Positions 26,554 to 37,434 of a DNA stretch of 64,000 nucleotides are shown here, in pieces (the first letter of the stretch is position 1; the number at the start of each line of letters is the position of its first letter). The stretch covers positions 49,369-113,368 of the IMG/VR virus record IMGVR_UViG_3300046328_000321; one strand, 5' to 3'. A program made the position numbers and the translations under genes. This DNA comes from a virus. A model generated the notes under the pieces. That model had not been told where the DNA came from. It searched no databases and was given only the letters and a program-made list of their open reading frames with translations.

Positions 26554-28389
26554 ATGGCTATCATTCACGACGACAAAATCACCACCTCTGCTCCTAAGGT
26601 ACAAGACCAGCATGTTAATACCAACACTGCTGCCGTACAGCGTAATAGCTGGAACTTTGGTTCCGGTGGTAATATTTTTGCGGCACCTATTGGTCGCAGT
26701 ATCGGTTCAGAAGTTTACAACGAGCTGAAAGGTTCGCTGATTGAGATTTATAAGAATGCTCAAAGTGATGCGTCTATCTCCATCTTGGACATGGATAATC
26801 AAAACGAAAGTGCTCTTGCATTTTCATGTCTGATTGTTGCCATGCGGTTGAAGAACGTCCCCAATAAGGTTGCATATCACATTCTGATGTTGGAAGCTAC
26901 CGGTGAACGTCCAAATCCAGTAATCCAATATAATGGATCTAAGCAGATTGAACTACATCGTACTGCCGGCGATGCGATCGATGATATCCTTATTGGTAAG
27001 GCAAAGAGTATTGTTCAACGTGCATTTCCTTCTCATGAAACCCATTATACCGACACCACTGTCGTACCAGCGGGTTTCAATATGAAGGACAAAGCGGCTG
27101 TATACAAGTTGGCGTTGAATGCTGGTCTAGCCAACGGTACCGAATTGGAAACTTCTTCCAACACGTTCCAGGATCTGAATGTGAGTCAGATTCCCCAAGG
27201 TCAGCAATTGGTAGTGAACATGACCTTCGGGTCCACACCCATCGCCGATGATGTCGGTAACCTGATGCGTTCTGACTTCCAATTGAGCTTTGCTGCACAA
27301 AACAGTAAAGCTCAAAACAATCAGTCGTTGAACAGTGGGGGTCGTGAGACTCGTATTGCTGACGTGGCTGGTTTTGTGGAAATGCTTTGGGCACCTGTGG
27401 AACCCATGGTCAATCCATACATGCCTGTGCAACAACGACAGACACAGAAATTTGCTGCTCGTTCTGTCATCACCAGCATGACTTCTACACACAGCTATAC
27501 TCCTGGATCTATGCTGTTGGCTGTGGCTATGTTGGACGCTTTGGCTCTCCATAATAACTATTACCAAGTCTTCCGTCCCTCTATGACGAAAGATCTGGAT
27601 ATTCGTGATGTGGGTGCCCTGAATATTGAAGGTAACTACGATAACAACCCAACCGGTGTGTCGTCTGTACTGGATACCAAGTCCTCCAGCTTCTCTCATG
27701 AGAACCTGGGTATGTTCTTGAATGCTTTAGTGCGTCCTGGTATGTTGGTGGCTATCGATTGTCCAGTCGGCGGTGCTCAATCTTGGTATACAGGTCTGTA
27801 CGATGCAGCTTCCACTCGTGGTGGTTCTGCCTATGACATCTTATACACAGCTGCGCAAGAACTGACGAATGGTAACTTTGCTCGTTTGTTCCCCAAGGGT
27901 GCACAGATGTTCTTGGATGCGGGTAATCGTATTCATACGGGTATCTATACTGATCGCCAAGGTGCTCAGCGTGATATTCGAGATATCGACTATCTTGCAG
28001 CAGCAAACATTCTGGGTGCTAATAACGTGCAAGCGTTGCGTCAGTACACTGAAACATTCTGGAATCAGAACATCAGCTTGGCTGAGCGTTTGTCGGATCG
28101 TAAGCGTATGATTTCCAGCATGACCAACGAGACTGCTACTTTTACCGGGTATGCAAATCGAGTTACTTTTTCTGGTACTTTCATCGAAGCACTACGTAAA
28201 GGTATCCAGGCATGTAACATGAATGTACGGATCAACAGTCCGATGAGCGGTGCAGATTTCAACGCTCAACGCGGCGTTGCAACATTTGCTAACGCAGGTC
28301 TGATTGTACCTACCGGTTCGTTCATGGGTTTTGGCATTGCTCCTCAACACATGCAAAACATGATGCACATGGGTGGTTACCGCTATTAA
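26554..28389 (+). CDS. chmA: Chimallin, phage nuclear shell protein
   Basis: 611 aa immediately upstream of nvRNAP beta'; RI..G.Y.D..G..RDIRDIDYLA motif; highly expressed codon style; strong terminator. Confidence 0.88.
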   Translation: MAIIHDDKITTSAPKVQDQHVNTNTAAVQRNSWNFGSGGNIFAAPIGRSIGSEVYNELKGSLIEIYKNAQSDASISILDMDNQNESALAFSCLIVAMRLKNVPNKVAYHILMLEATGERPNPVIQYNGSKQIELHRTAGDAIDDILIGKAKSIVQRAFPSHETHYTDTTVVPAGFNMKDKAAVYKLALNAGLANGTELETSSNTFQDLNVSQIPQGQQLVVNMTFGSTPIADDVGNLMRSDFQLSFAAQNSKAQNNQSLNSGGRETRIADVAGFVEMLWAPVEPMVNPYMPVQQRQTQKFAARSVITSMTSTHSYTPGSMLLAVAMLDALALHNNYYQVFRPSMTKDLDIRDVGALNIEGNYDNNPTGVSSVLDTKSSSFSHENLGMFLNALVRPGMLVAIDCPVGGAQSWYTGLYDAASTRGGSAYDILYTAAQELTNGNFARLFPKGAQMFLDAGNRIHTGIYTDRQGAQRDIRDIDYLAAANILGANNVQALRQYTETFWNQNISLAERLSDRKRMISSMTNETATFTGYANRVTFSGTFIEALRKGIQACNMNVRINSPMSGADFNAQRGVATFANAGLIVPTGSFMGFGIAPQHMQNMMHMGGYRY

Positions 28390-28417
28390 TCTGTTACCGT
28401 GAAAAGTAACTGAGTGT

Positions 28418-28456
28418 AAAGATACCCAGCTTCGGCTGGGTATCTTTTTTTTTTTT
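28418..28456 (+). terminator. chmA terminator
   Basis: AAAGATACCCAGC-TTCG-GCTGGGTATCTTT plus T-run. Confidence 0.9.
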
Positions 28457-28548
28457 CTGCTATATAACCTTTGAAAAATATACTAATACTATATACTTTA
28501 TGTGATGGTATTTCCTAATATCATCAAACAACCAAAGGAGTATCGCCT

Positions 28549-31380
28549 ATGCCTGTCATACAGGAAATCATTCAGTTTGATGATATGTTTCATAAACTAC
28601 ATCACACACCTACTCTTATTAACCACATAGCTTGCGCCACATTGGAAGATAGGGAGAAGGTAAAAGAAATTCTTACCACTCATCTTAACAGTGATCAGAT
28701 AAGTTTAGTACCTTCATGTCAATGCGGAGCTACTAAAGGTGAATATTCCAAGAGTATGGTTTGTCCCGTCTGTAATACAGAAGTAAAAACTTCTGTGACT
28801 ACAGATATCGAACCAGTAGTCTGGCTGAAGCAACCAGAGAGTGTGGATAAGTTGATCAGTCCTATCTTTCTGATGATGTTAATCAAAAGGTTTACCAAAT
28901 CAGGATTCTCAGTGATCGAATGGTTATGTAATACAAATTACTCTTCGACATCTAAACCTCCTGATAAAGTATTAGCTAAAATCCAGACATGTGGGATTGA
29001 ACGAGGTTATAACAACTTCGTTAGGAATTTTGATCCTATTATGGATTTGTTGTTTTCATTCATTGAGTTTGCTCCTAAAACTCAAAAGTTTGAAATGAAA
29101 CAAGAAGACAAAATAGATCATTTACAACAACTAATCAGAGATCACAGAAACGCGATCTTTAGTGAGTATTTACCCATCCCAAATAAGATCATTTTGATCT
29201 TTGACACCCAGCCATTAGGGACTTATACTGATCCTTCAGTAATGAAAGCTGTGGATGCTATTAACACAATGGTGTCCATTGATCGAGATTTCTATGATCA
29301 GAGTTCAAAAACCAAACAGAACCGTACGATCAAAGCTTTGATGTTACTTTGTGATTTTTATAACGATACCTTATTGTTAATGGCACATAAGCATGGTCAT
29401 TTCCGTAAGCACATGTTTGGTAGTAGAACCAATTTTTCTTTCCGAGCTGTAATCACATCGATTACAGCCGGTAAGAATTATGATGAGATCGAAGCTCCAT
29501 GGTGTATGGCAATCACAGCATTCCGTATTCATTTGTTGAATAAACTTTTGAAATACGGTATGGGTCATAACGAAGGGTTAGGATTTTTGTATAAACATAC
29601 GTACAAACACCATTCTCTTCTGGAAAGATTCATGCAGGAGATGATTGATGAGACCCCAATGAAAGGTATTTTCATTTGTTTGCAACGCAATTAACTATTT
29701 AGGTTGCCTTTATCAGTAATGGTAAAGTAAAATTCTCCTTAATTGACGGGAACATCCTGCTAAAAACTTGTACACCAAACTACAATAGAAATATATGTAG
29801 CGGCCAAGGTAACTACTTGGGTATGGTAAAAGAAACAAGTCTGGGATAATCCGCAGCCGAACTCTTAACCAGAAATGGAAAGAGATGGGTTCAACGACTA
29901 GTCGAAAGACGTAACTCTTAGCAAGAGTGAAACAGGAGACCCCTTTTGTATAAAAGGGTGAAGATATAGTCTGCTCTCGTATGAATAATACGAGCGGGTG
30001 TCGTAGCACACCGGGTAAAGAGAGTAAGCTGTTTAAGCTGAGCGACTTTACTGGACAATGGCCGAGTTTGTTACAAGGGTCAGCTCAACGAGTGAAAATC
30101 ACAAAGTTCAAAACTAACCCTATGGACTTGACTATAGGGATGCACATCTTAACAGTGCGTGCTAATCATTATTGGCATTTAACCAGGTAACTGGTTAAAG
30201 AATCTCTTCGAATTGCTGGAAACTCCTTAGAGTCTCATTACCACTGCGAGCTGTAAAGCAAAGCCACGGTTTAAAAAGTATGAGAATTGGACAATCAGCA
30301 GCGAAACTTCCTACGGGAAGTACGTTCAACGATCATCGGAGTTACGCCCGAGTAGAACCTCAAGCGAGGAAGAAGTGGAGAGCACCCTACTATTTATGAG
30401 GGTGAAGATATGATCTGTTCCTGTATGAAAATACAGGCGGGTGTCTTAGCACACCGAGTAAAGAGAGTAAGCTATTATAGCTGAGCGGCTTTACTGGACA
30501 ATAAGCCAAATGCTGATCAAAAGGTCCTCTTAACTTGCGAAGGTTAAGATGTATTTCCTGAATTGCTGGGAACTCTCGTTAGACTGTTGAACTAAAGCGG
30601 AGTGTGAAAACACAAACGTAAATGTTTGAAAATCAGCAGGTAGAGACAATCAGCAGCTAAGACGCTAAAGACAGTTGTGAAACTGGCTATGCGTAAAGTT
30701 CAACGACTATCCGGTAGCACGGAGTAGACCCATGAGGGTCAAAGTAGGAAACGTCTCTAGGAAGACGGTGATATAGTCTGCTCTCACATGAGAATGTGAG
30801 CGGGTGTCAAAGCACACCGGGTGAGGAATCGAAAGATGGCTTCACTGGACAAAAGGTTTGATGGTAGAGTATTGCCATCTCTAAACATTCTTAACTGCGG
30901 GAAACTCCTTAGAGCTTTGTTGACCAACCTGTGGTAGAAATACACACAGCGGCTGAACTAACTATTCAGATATGGTAAAACTAACAAAGATTGGACAATC
31001 CGCACCGAAGCTCCTAACTAAGTATATTAACATATACTTACATGGAGTGTGGCCAACGACTATCCCGTAAGGGAGTACACTCAAGCGAGTGGAAACAGAA
31101 TGTACCGAAAGGTAAAGATATAGTCTAATCAGATATGAAAGTATCTGGATCCTTAAGCAAGATCGATGAGTAGTAGCGTACTCAGGTTGGTGCTAGAGAG
31201 TTATGGTTTATGGATGCTCTCAACGTATCCATAGCTCTTGATCAGAAAATGTCAGATATGTGGTATCCACTTTCACCGGAGTTCAACATCTTCCAAATGA
31301 CAAAACCATTTCAAGTATCGGGAAACATAGCGATCCCTAAACCTAACATCGCTACCATTTCATCTTGGTTGGAAAACTAG
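28549..31380 (+). CDS. nvRNAP beta' catalytic subunit (phiKZ gp55-like), spliced, ~477 aa; exons 28549-29691, 30062-30163, 30506-30517, 30857-30865, 31213-31380
   Basis: N-terminal zinc ribbon, RKH.FG.R..FS.RAVI; splicing restores QRN-PSL and PNAD-FDG-D in frame. Confidence 0.93.
29692..30061 (+). ncRNA. Group I intron 1 of nvRNAP beta' (370 nt, ORF-less)
   Basis: P1 GCAAT/GTTGC with U.G; P AATTGACGGGAA, Q AATCCGCAGC, R GTTCAACGACTA, S AAGATATAGTCT; terminal G. Confidence 0.92.
30164..30505 (+). ncRNA. Group I intron 2 of nvRNAP beta' (342 nt, ORF-less)
   Basis: P1 GTGCT/GGCAT; AATTGCTGGAA, AATCAGCAGC, GTTCAACGATCA, AAGATATGATCT; terminal G. Confidence 0.92.
30518..30856 (+). ncRNA. Group I intron 3 of nvRNAP beta' (339 nt, ORF-less)
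   Basis: Short P1 GAT/GTC; AATTGCTGGGA, AATCAGCAGC, GTTCAACGACTA, GATATAGTCT; terminal G. Confidence 0.9.
30866..31212 (+). ncRNA. Group I intron 4 of nvRNAP beta' (347 nt, ORF-less)
   Basis: P1 GATGGT/GCCATC; P10 AGAGTATT/GATGCTCT; AACTGCGGGA, AATCCGCACC, CAACGACTA, AAGATATAGTCT; terminal G. Confidence 0.92.
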
Positions 31381-31381
31381 T

Positions 31382-32005
31382 ATGTATCAAATCAATGTAG
31401 TTGAAGCTGCACCCATGGCTTTTGATTACCTTGCATTCCCTAACCAGTCTCCGATAACCGCTCTGTATTTCCAAAACCAACTTCAAAACTTCAACGCTGC
31501 GTTGACTGAAACTGGTCAAAGATTTATGCAAGGTGCGAGAGAACTCTATCAGCGTATCAACGACAGTACAGCCATCCGTATGGCTAAAGCTGCCATACGA
31601 CATGCTAAAGGGATGTATCAACCTAATGTTATCATTCAGATAGACGACATCGAAGGATTTAGAAGTGCCACACCCATGATGCAAAACTACATCATGGCAC
31701 AACCTGATCTTCGAGACTTGTATCATCAACAACGTGTAAACGGATACAGTGATACGTATATAGACATTGATCCTCAACGAAATTATGGACAACATTACTA
31801 TTATCGCAGGGTAATGGATGGTGTGGTACAAGATACTGAAGTCGATGGTGAATTTCAATGGGTAGCTAAACAATATTGTGACGAGCTTCTAGAAGGTCAT
31901 ACGGATTTGACCAATCAAGAACGTCATGACATCTTGTTGACCTGGGACAAGATTCAAGCGATCCTAGCTGAGGAACGTGATCCTACAGACATATTCGGTA
32001 ATTGA
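31382..32005 (+). CDS. Conserved phiKZ-like protein (gp59/Imp3-like by synteny)
   Basis: Position after nvRNAP beta'; MQNYIMAQP..R..Y and C-terminal DPTD motifs. Confidence 0.5.
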   Translation: MYQINVVEAAPMAFDYLAFPNQSPITALYFQNQLQNFNAALTETGQRFMQGARELYQRINDSTAIRMAKAAIRHAKGMYQPNVIIQIDDIEGFRSATPMMQNYIMAQPDLRDLYHQQRVNGYSDTYIDIDPQRNYGQHYYYRRVMDGVVQDTEVDGEFQWVAKQYCDELLEGHTDLTNQERHDILLTWDKIQAILAEERDPTDIFGN

Positions 32006-32091
32006 CAACATAAAAATACAGGGGGAAATCCCTGTATTTTTTTTTTCACTAGCTGTCATCATGTTATGATCTTTTACAAATAAAGGCTTAT

Positions 32092-32502
32092 ATGACTTTA
32101 TCAGCTACCATGCCAAGTCTTAGTACAGATGGTTGGGTAAACAGTAGTCTTAAGACAGCGGACTATCTATTTTCACATTTCTTTGCTTCTGACTACAGTC
32201 AAACTTATGTCTTTCCTGGTCAAATTGCTTCCTTTGCATATATCCTACACAGCAATCAAGGTAATATACAAGGTACCATGACTGCTCTTCGACAAACTTT
32301 ATCTACTTATTTCAGCAAGTACTATAAAGATGTGATTGTGGAAGTGGATGACAGTCCTACAGTATCGGGATCGAGTTTTATTGCTTTAAACATTTTCATG
32401 AACTTTACTGATGACAAAGGGGTGATTCATTCCTTAGGTAAAATGATTGAATACACTAACACAACTGTTAATAAAGTTGTTACTCTTAACAATGGACAAT
32501 AA
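32092..32502 (+). CDS. Conserved phiKZ-like hypothetical protein
   Basis: PSLSTDGWV..SDYSQT motif; synteny. Confidence 0.55.
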   Translation: MTLSATMPSLSTDGWVNSSLKTADYLFSHFFASDYSQTYVFPGQIASFAYILHSNQGNIQGTMTALRQTLSTYFSKYYKDVIVEVDDSPTVSGSSFIALNIFMNFTDDKGVIHSLGKMIEYTNTTVNKVVTLNNGQ

Positions 32503-32504
32503 TC

Positions 32505-33032
32505 ATGGAAAATAATCTACAAAAAGAATTAGAAGATAGTATCAACCAAGGTTTCAAAGCTTTGGTATCTGATATACCTGTGGCTAAATTACCTGAAGAA
32601 ATCTTCTCTAAACATTTTCTTCCTTATTTCTCAGGTGAAAAAACCCCTACTCAAGATAAACCTGTTTTTGCCGAATGGATATCTGTAGCTGGTACTCCTA
32701 TGTCTCCTGTCGATATCATCGATAAAAACAACGAGGTACTATTCAGAGTACCACCTATGTTTGACACAGGAATGATGACTCAGTTGCAAGGTCGTACCAT
32801 GCGTGAGATCTTTAAACAATACGAGTTGTATAACAACAACTTACCTCAAGTAGCCAATAATTTCCTGACCAAAGCTTTAACTGCTAAGTCTGAAGGTTAT
32901 GATTCTGTGTCTTTAACCAAAGCCCAAGAAGAATGGAATAGTATTCTTCAGCGATATGACTTAGGTGAGAAAACTAAGATTGCTGAAAAAAATGCTAATG
33001 TGCAAATAGATGATGATTTAATCTATGACTAA
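32505..33032 (+). CDS. Conserved phiKZ-like hypothetical protein
   Basis: LPE..F..HFLP.F, W..VAG, LF.VPP motifs. Confidence 0.55.
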   Translation: MENNLQKELEDSINQGFKALVSDIPVAKLPEEIFSKHFLPYFSGEKTPTQDKPVFAEWISVAGTPMSPVDIIDKNNEVLFRVPPMFDTGMMTQLQGRTMREIFKQYELYNNNLPQVANNFLTKALTAKSEGYDSVSLTKAQEEWNSILQRYDLGEKTKIAEKNANVQIDDDLIYD

Positions 33033-34173
33033 ACTCAAGTATTTGGTGTTGAGTGATATACATCTAGGTAGTAAGAACAACACCACTGCTGAGATCATCA
33101 ACAACTTAGATATTTTTTTTAAAAACTATACTCAAGACGGTGAGTTTTCCGAGTTGGATATTATTTTCATAGCAGGTGATTTGTTCGACAGATTGCTTGA
33201 CATGAACGATGATGACACACATTTGATCAAACTTTGGTTAGACAGATTTTCTCGTTATTGTTCTAGATTTGATATTTCGATAAGAATACTGAAAGGTACG
33301 CCCAGTCATGATTGGAATCAATCTGCTCAGGTAGAAACAATTTGGAAAATCTCTAGATTGACAGGAGATTTCAAATATATAAATACATTATATATAGAGT
33401 ACATGGAAAAACATAATATCCATGTACTCTATGTACCTGATGAATGGGCAGGTACTACTGAAGAAACTTTAGAACAAGTTAAAACTCTAATGCGTGAGAT
33501 GCAGTTAAAACAAGTAGACATTGCTATCATGCATGGTTTGTTTAACTATCAACTACCTGGTATAGGTAAAGCTTCTAGTAAACACGACGAAGTTTCTTAT
33601 CTTGAGATTGTCAGGTATTTTATTAACATTGGTCATATTCATACTCATTCTACCTATGAGCGCATATTAGCTCAAGGATCTTTTGACCGGCTGTCTCACG
33701 GTGAAGAAGAACCTAAAGGTGGTATGATCATGATCATAGACCCTGATGAGGGAAACAAATATTTCTTTATCGAGAACAAGGGTGCTAAGATTTTTAAGAC
33801 TATTACCTTAAAGAATGCAGATGTTGAAAAATCAATGGAATTTATAGAGCGACAGCTTTTAAAGATTCCTATAAACGCATATATTAGAATTAAGGCAGCT
33901 AAAGATCACGGTGTTTATATCGGATTTGAAGAACTAAAAATCAAGTTCCCTTTTTATAATTTCAGCAAGAAAAGCATAGAAGATGAAGAGGAAGCTGCCT
34001 ATAATTCTCGTGTCAACGATATGCTAGATCTAGAATACACATCCATACAGATCGATAGAGATAACATCCAAATACTTTTATGGGATGAAATTTCTAAAAA
34101 ACATATATTTAACACACAGCAACAAGCTATTTATAGTCGAGTCGTCGAAAGTACTTTAGCAATTACAAGGTGA
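33025..34173 (+). CDS. SbcD/Mre11-like metallophosphoesterase nuclease
   Basis: SDIHLG, AGDLFD, GTPSHD, MHG, GHIH. Confidence 0.88.
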   Translation: MTKLKYLVLSDIHLGSKNNTTAEIINNLDIFFKNYTQDGEFSELDIIFIAGDLFDRLLDMNDDDTHLIKLWLDRFSRYCSRFDISIRILKGTPSHDWNQSAQVETIWKISRLTGDFKYINTLYIEYMEKHNIHVLYVPDEWAGTTEETLEQVKTLMREMQLKQVDIAIMHGLFNYQLPGIGKASSKHDEVSYLEIVRYFINIGHIHTHSTYERILAQGSFDRLSHGEEEPKGGMIMIIDPDEGNKYFFIENKGAKIFKTITLKNADVEKSMEFIERQLLKIPINAYIRIKAAKDHGVYIGFEELKIKFPFYNFSKKSIEDEEEAAYNSRVNDMLDLEYTSIQIDRDNIQILLWDEISKKHIFNTQQQAIYSRVVESTLAITR

Positions 34174-34176
34174 TAT

Positions 34177-35028
34177 ATGAACCCTTTATTTAACAGAGAT
34201 ATTTCTGCATTTCCCTTAAGCATCGGTACGTCACTTGCATTTGAGTCTGTCTTTACAGGCAGACTCCCTGCTTTTGACCCAGAGCGTACAATACCTAACA
34301 AAGTCATACTGAGTAGCTATGATAGTTGTTACATTAATATAGCTACTCTTTATAGAAACATAGCTGGTGCTGTAGATAAAGAAGTCAAGTTACAGTCTAA
34401 TGAAAATCATTATGCAGAAGTAGTAGAACAAGAAATGGATATCATTCAAAGTTTGTTCAAAGTAGAAGGTGGGGGTACAACTACACCTATTTTCTATACC
34501 ATGACTTATGACAAAGCTGTTTCTAAAGCAAAATCTAAGATTGTAGATCTGCGTCAAGACAGAACAGATCTTCAGAAGCACGAAAGAGCTATTTTGGTTA
34601 AAACCATAGAGAAGCTTAAACAGATACCTTCAATTGAAAAGTACAAAGATTATCTCAAGACTTCTATTTCAACCAAAGCTTTGATCATGACTCATGTACC
34701 TTTTGATCTTCTGTCTCATCAAAAAATGGGTAAGTTGGATCTACTAGAAAGCCATACAGGTAAACTGAAACCTAGATATGAATGGGGGAGTAAATTTTAT
34801 CCTTTAGGTGATCGAGATATGTCACACCTACCTTTTATTGAAAAATTGCTTTTAATCTTTGGTGATAAAGTTTTGATACAACCCGCATTGACAAAAATCA
34901 GACAGCAAGTTTACGATGTTTCTATAAAAAGAGGTTGGACCTCCATGACAACAAAAGCCAAAGTAGTGATGGACTTATCTACAGATATTCCTGAACCCAT
35001 GATAGCTCGTATGTTGGCTCAGCTATAA
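34177..35028 (+). CDS. Conserved phiKZ-like protein (gp66-like)
   Basis: PLSIGTSLAFE, TL.RN, LLESHTG motifs; synteny. Confidence 0.55.
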   Translation: MNPLFNRDISAFPLSIGTSLAFESVFTGRLPAFDPERTIPNKVILSSYDSCYINIATLYRNIAGAVDKEVKLQSNENHYAEVVEQEMDIIQSLFKVEGGGTTTPIFYTMTYDKAVSKAKSKIVDLRQDRTDLQKHERAILVKTIEKLKQIPSIEKYKDYLKTSISTKALIMTHVPFDLLSHQKMGKLDLLESHTGKLKPRYEWGSKFYPLGDRDMSHLPFIEKLLLIFGDKVLIQPALTKIRQQVYDVSIKRGWTSMTTKAKVVMDLSTDIPEPMIARMLAQL

Positions 35029-35086
35029 ATTAATTTCCCTAATAATGTATTGATTGTAAAAACACTAACCATTTTAAGGCACCATC

Positions 35087-35776
35087 ATGTCAACAGAAAA
35101 TAATTCACCTAAAGTTATCGAACCTCCAAAAATCAACGAACTTGCTAAGTTCTTGATGTTTGCACCTAATCCTAACAACGCAACCCGTCGCAGTCGTTTG
35201 GTATGGGCCATTCGCGACGGTAACCCCCGCATCACAATTTGGACCAATGATCCTTCTGATAAAGACGGTCGTGGTTCTATCAATGCCCCGATGAATCCTG
35301 AAACCTTCTTCATGTTTTTAGATATGTTTGAAGAGATTGTCAAGGGTGAAAATAATAAGAAAATGTCAATTGACATGTTGACGGCAGTACGCAGTGAAAA
35401 TCCAACTGAACGAAATGTCAATCCAGAAAAGATTCCTTTGTCTAAATTGTTCTTCGGTAAAGATGATCAAGGGTTGGCCTGGATGTCTGTTATTTCTCTA
35501 GAAAGTGATACCCGTCCACGTTTAAAATTCACATTTCGATTGTCTGATTATCACAAAATCTATCGGTCTGATGGCAGTGTTTTGTCAGAAAGTGAAGCTT
35601 CTTGTCTACACGCATTGTCAACTATTCGAGCCATCCGTAGTATTTATACCCAAAACGTTAATTTCTACAAACCGCCTTATGATAAAAATGCGGTCATGGG
35701 AAGTTATGGTAAGAAACCTTTTGAATCTAAAACTTCATCAAAATCAATTGCTAATTTTGACGACCTAACTTTTTAA
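35087..35776 (+). CDS. ChmC-like nucleic-acid-binding protein (gp67-like by synteny)
   Basis: Immediately upstream of the gp68-like gene; GNPRITIWTN motif; disordered tail ending FDDLTF. Confidence 0.55.
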   Translation: MSTENNSPKVIEPPKINELAKFLMFAPNPNNATRRSRLVWAIRDGNPRITIWTNDPSDKDGRGSINAPMNPETFFMFLDMFEEIVKGENNKKMSIDMLTAVRSENPTERNVNPEKIPLSKLFFGKDDQGLAWMSVISLESDTRPRLKFTFRLSDYHKIYRSDGSVLSESEASCLHALSTIRAIRSIYTQNVNFYKPPYDKNAVMGSYGKKPFESKTSSKSIANFDDLTF

Positions 35777-35880
35777 TACCAACTTTACAGACAGGCCCTC
35801 ATTAGAAGGGCCTGTCTAGATATTTTAGGTAGTATATATTTTACTTGAGCTGTATATCAACTTCTTTAAGAAAGTAACAA

Positions 35881-37434
35881 ATGCGAATAGTGACAAGTAT
35901 TGCTCAACAAACACCAAAAGCCATGGTTGAACATAAAGGTCAAACAATTGACTTTCAAGTCAGTGTGTTTGGTAAAGGGGCCATGATTTCAGATGAGGAT
36001 GATGATGTAGATTTGAAAGACGATGTCTTTCATTATTTAAATTTCTATTGGTCAAGTTTGCCTGCTGAAGATCAGGATAAACTATTTGAAGTTTATGGAC
36101 GGTTGAAAGAAATATTGACACTTTCGTACACCATATCAGAATTGAATGAAAATTTAGCAAGAGCAAGTGCTGAACTTTTATCTTTCCATAAACTCGATAC
36201 TATTAAAATGTGGATGTCGTTCAGTTCTGGGATTATGATTCCAGAAGCTTTTCTTCCAGATTACATTCCCAATACGGATAATAACTCAACAAGAGAAAAA
36301 ACATATACTAAGTCCGATTATGTTGGTCTTGTATCTTTGTCATTGGCTTTGCGTTGTATGATTCCAATTTGGGGTGAATACATTGCGGGTACACGACGTT
36401 CCTATGGTAACTATTATAAAGAGTTTTGGGCATTCATGTTGTTGAAGTATTCTGATATTCTTCACAGCTTAGACATGCAAAAACTGAAAATTTATATTGA
36501 AAACAATCTTGCTCAATCAAAAGACGACAGTGAAAAATTACTAAATGTACTTCCAATTGAAGATTACCCGCAATGGTTGTTATCTCTAACAGTAGTTAAG
36601 AAACTTTGTATCGGTGATATTTCAGGCAATTATCCGAAAGATCCACAGTACAGTTTAATCAAGTACATTTACAAGTTCTTGATGCAACGTATTAAATCAC
36701 CTGAAGCTGATCACGCTAACAAAATTCAAAAGAATCGCTTGGATGAGATCGGTCGTGATAATAAAGGTACCGTCTTAGAACGATACCGTATGAAAACAAA
36801 TTTGTCACCGGGTGAGGTGGTAGAACTAGAATACTCCGTAGAGAATCTTCCCTATGTGGCCAGTCGACTGACCACTAAGATGACAGAAGAAATTTTCACA
36901 TCTGCACAACATACTTGTTGTCAACTTCGTGACCATCAAATCACAGACGTACAGGTATTGTTGTTATCATGGGTGTTAAAACCTGTTATATCTCCAAGAG
37001 GAATTCCTTATCTTAACAGAGATATTATCATTCAGTTACTTGGTGTGTTGCAAAGTGTTCTTTGGGTTCGAGGACATAAATATTTGGCATTATTGGTTTC
37101 TTCTTTTCCGAGAATTTCAGATAGGGAATATGTCTTAGCCCCACAAAGTTCTAAAGACAGAATTCCTAAGGAGCTCTCAGATAAATTGGAATCATTATAT
37201 CCTTATAGTAAACCAGTTGGTCGAATCACCACAGGTAAAGTTTCCAATTACGCGTTAGAAGCTATTGAACAAGTTGTGACTGCTTTGGTAGCTCATAGTT
37301 GGGTACCTACAGCTGAAGATAAATGGCTGAAGGAAGTTTTAGGTTCTAACAGTCGTGTATTTATTATCAAGTCAGACATTAGGTCTGATTTATCAAAACT
37401 GCTCATTGAGTTGGGCGAAAGGAGTTGGTCATGA
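35881..37434 (+). CDS. nvRNAP promoter-specificity subunit (phiKZ gp68-like)
   Basis: 517 aa; TY..SDY..L...LR.MIPIWGEYI motif; synteny. Confidence 0.7.
   Translation: MRIVTSIAQQTPKAMVEHKGQTIDFQVSVFGKGAMISDEDDDVDLKDDVFHYLNFYWSSLPAEDQDKLFEVYGRLKEILTLSYTISELNENLARASAELLSFHKLDTIKMWMSFSSGIMIPEAFLPDYIPNTDNNSTREKTYTKSDYVGLVSLSLALRCMIPIWGEYIAGTRRSYGNYYKEFWAFMLLKYSDILHSLDMQKLKIYIENNLAQSKDDSEKLLNVLPIEDYPQWLLSLTVVKKLCIGDISGNYPKDPQYSLIKYIYKFLMQRIKSPEADHANKIQKNRLDEIGRDNKGTVLERYRMKTNLSPGEVVELEYSVENLPYVASRLTTKMTEEIFTSAQHTCCQLRDHQITDVQVLLLSWVLKPVISPRGIPYLNRDIIIQLLGVLQSVLWVRGHKYLALLVSSFPRISDREYVLAPQSSKDRIPKELSDKLESLYPYSKPVGRITTGKVSNYALEAIEQVVTALVAHSWVPTAEDKWLKEVLGSNSRVFIIKSDIRSDLSKLLIELGERSWS

Noticed and set aside
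27077-28262. Several antisense and alternate-frame ORFs within chmA
   Set aside because: Expected shadows of biased codon usage, with no RBS or motifs.
29981-30190. Track ORFs 29981..30190 and 29713..30009 as stand-alone genes or intron endonucleases
   Set aside because: The first is intron sequence read into exon 2; the second is antisense to intron 1. Neither has nuclease motifs.
28549-31380. Pseudogenised RNAP or stop-codon recoding
   Set aside because: Every interruption is explained by a canonical intron, and other genes read normally in the standard code.
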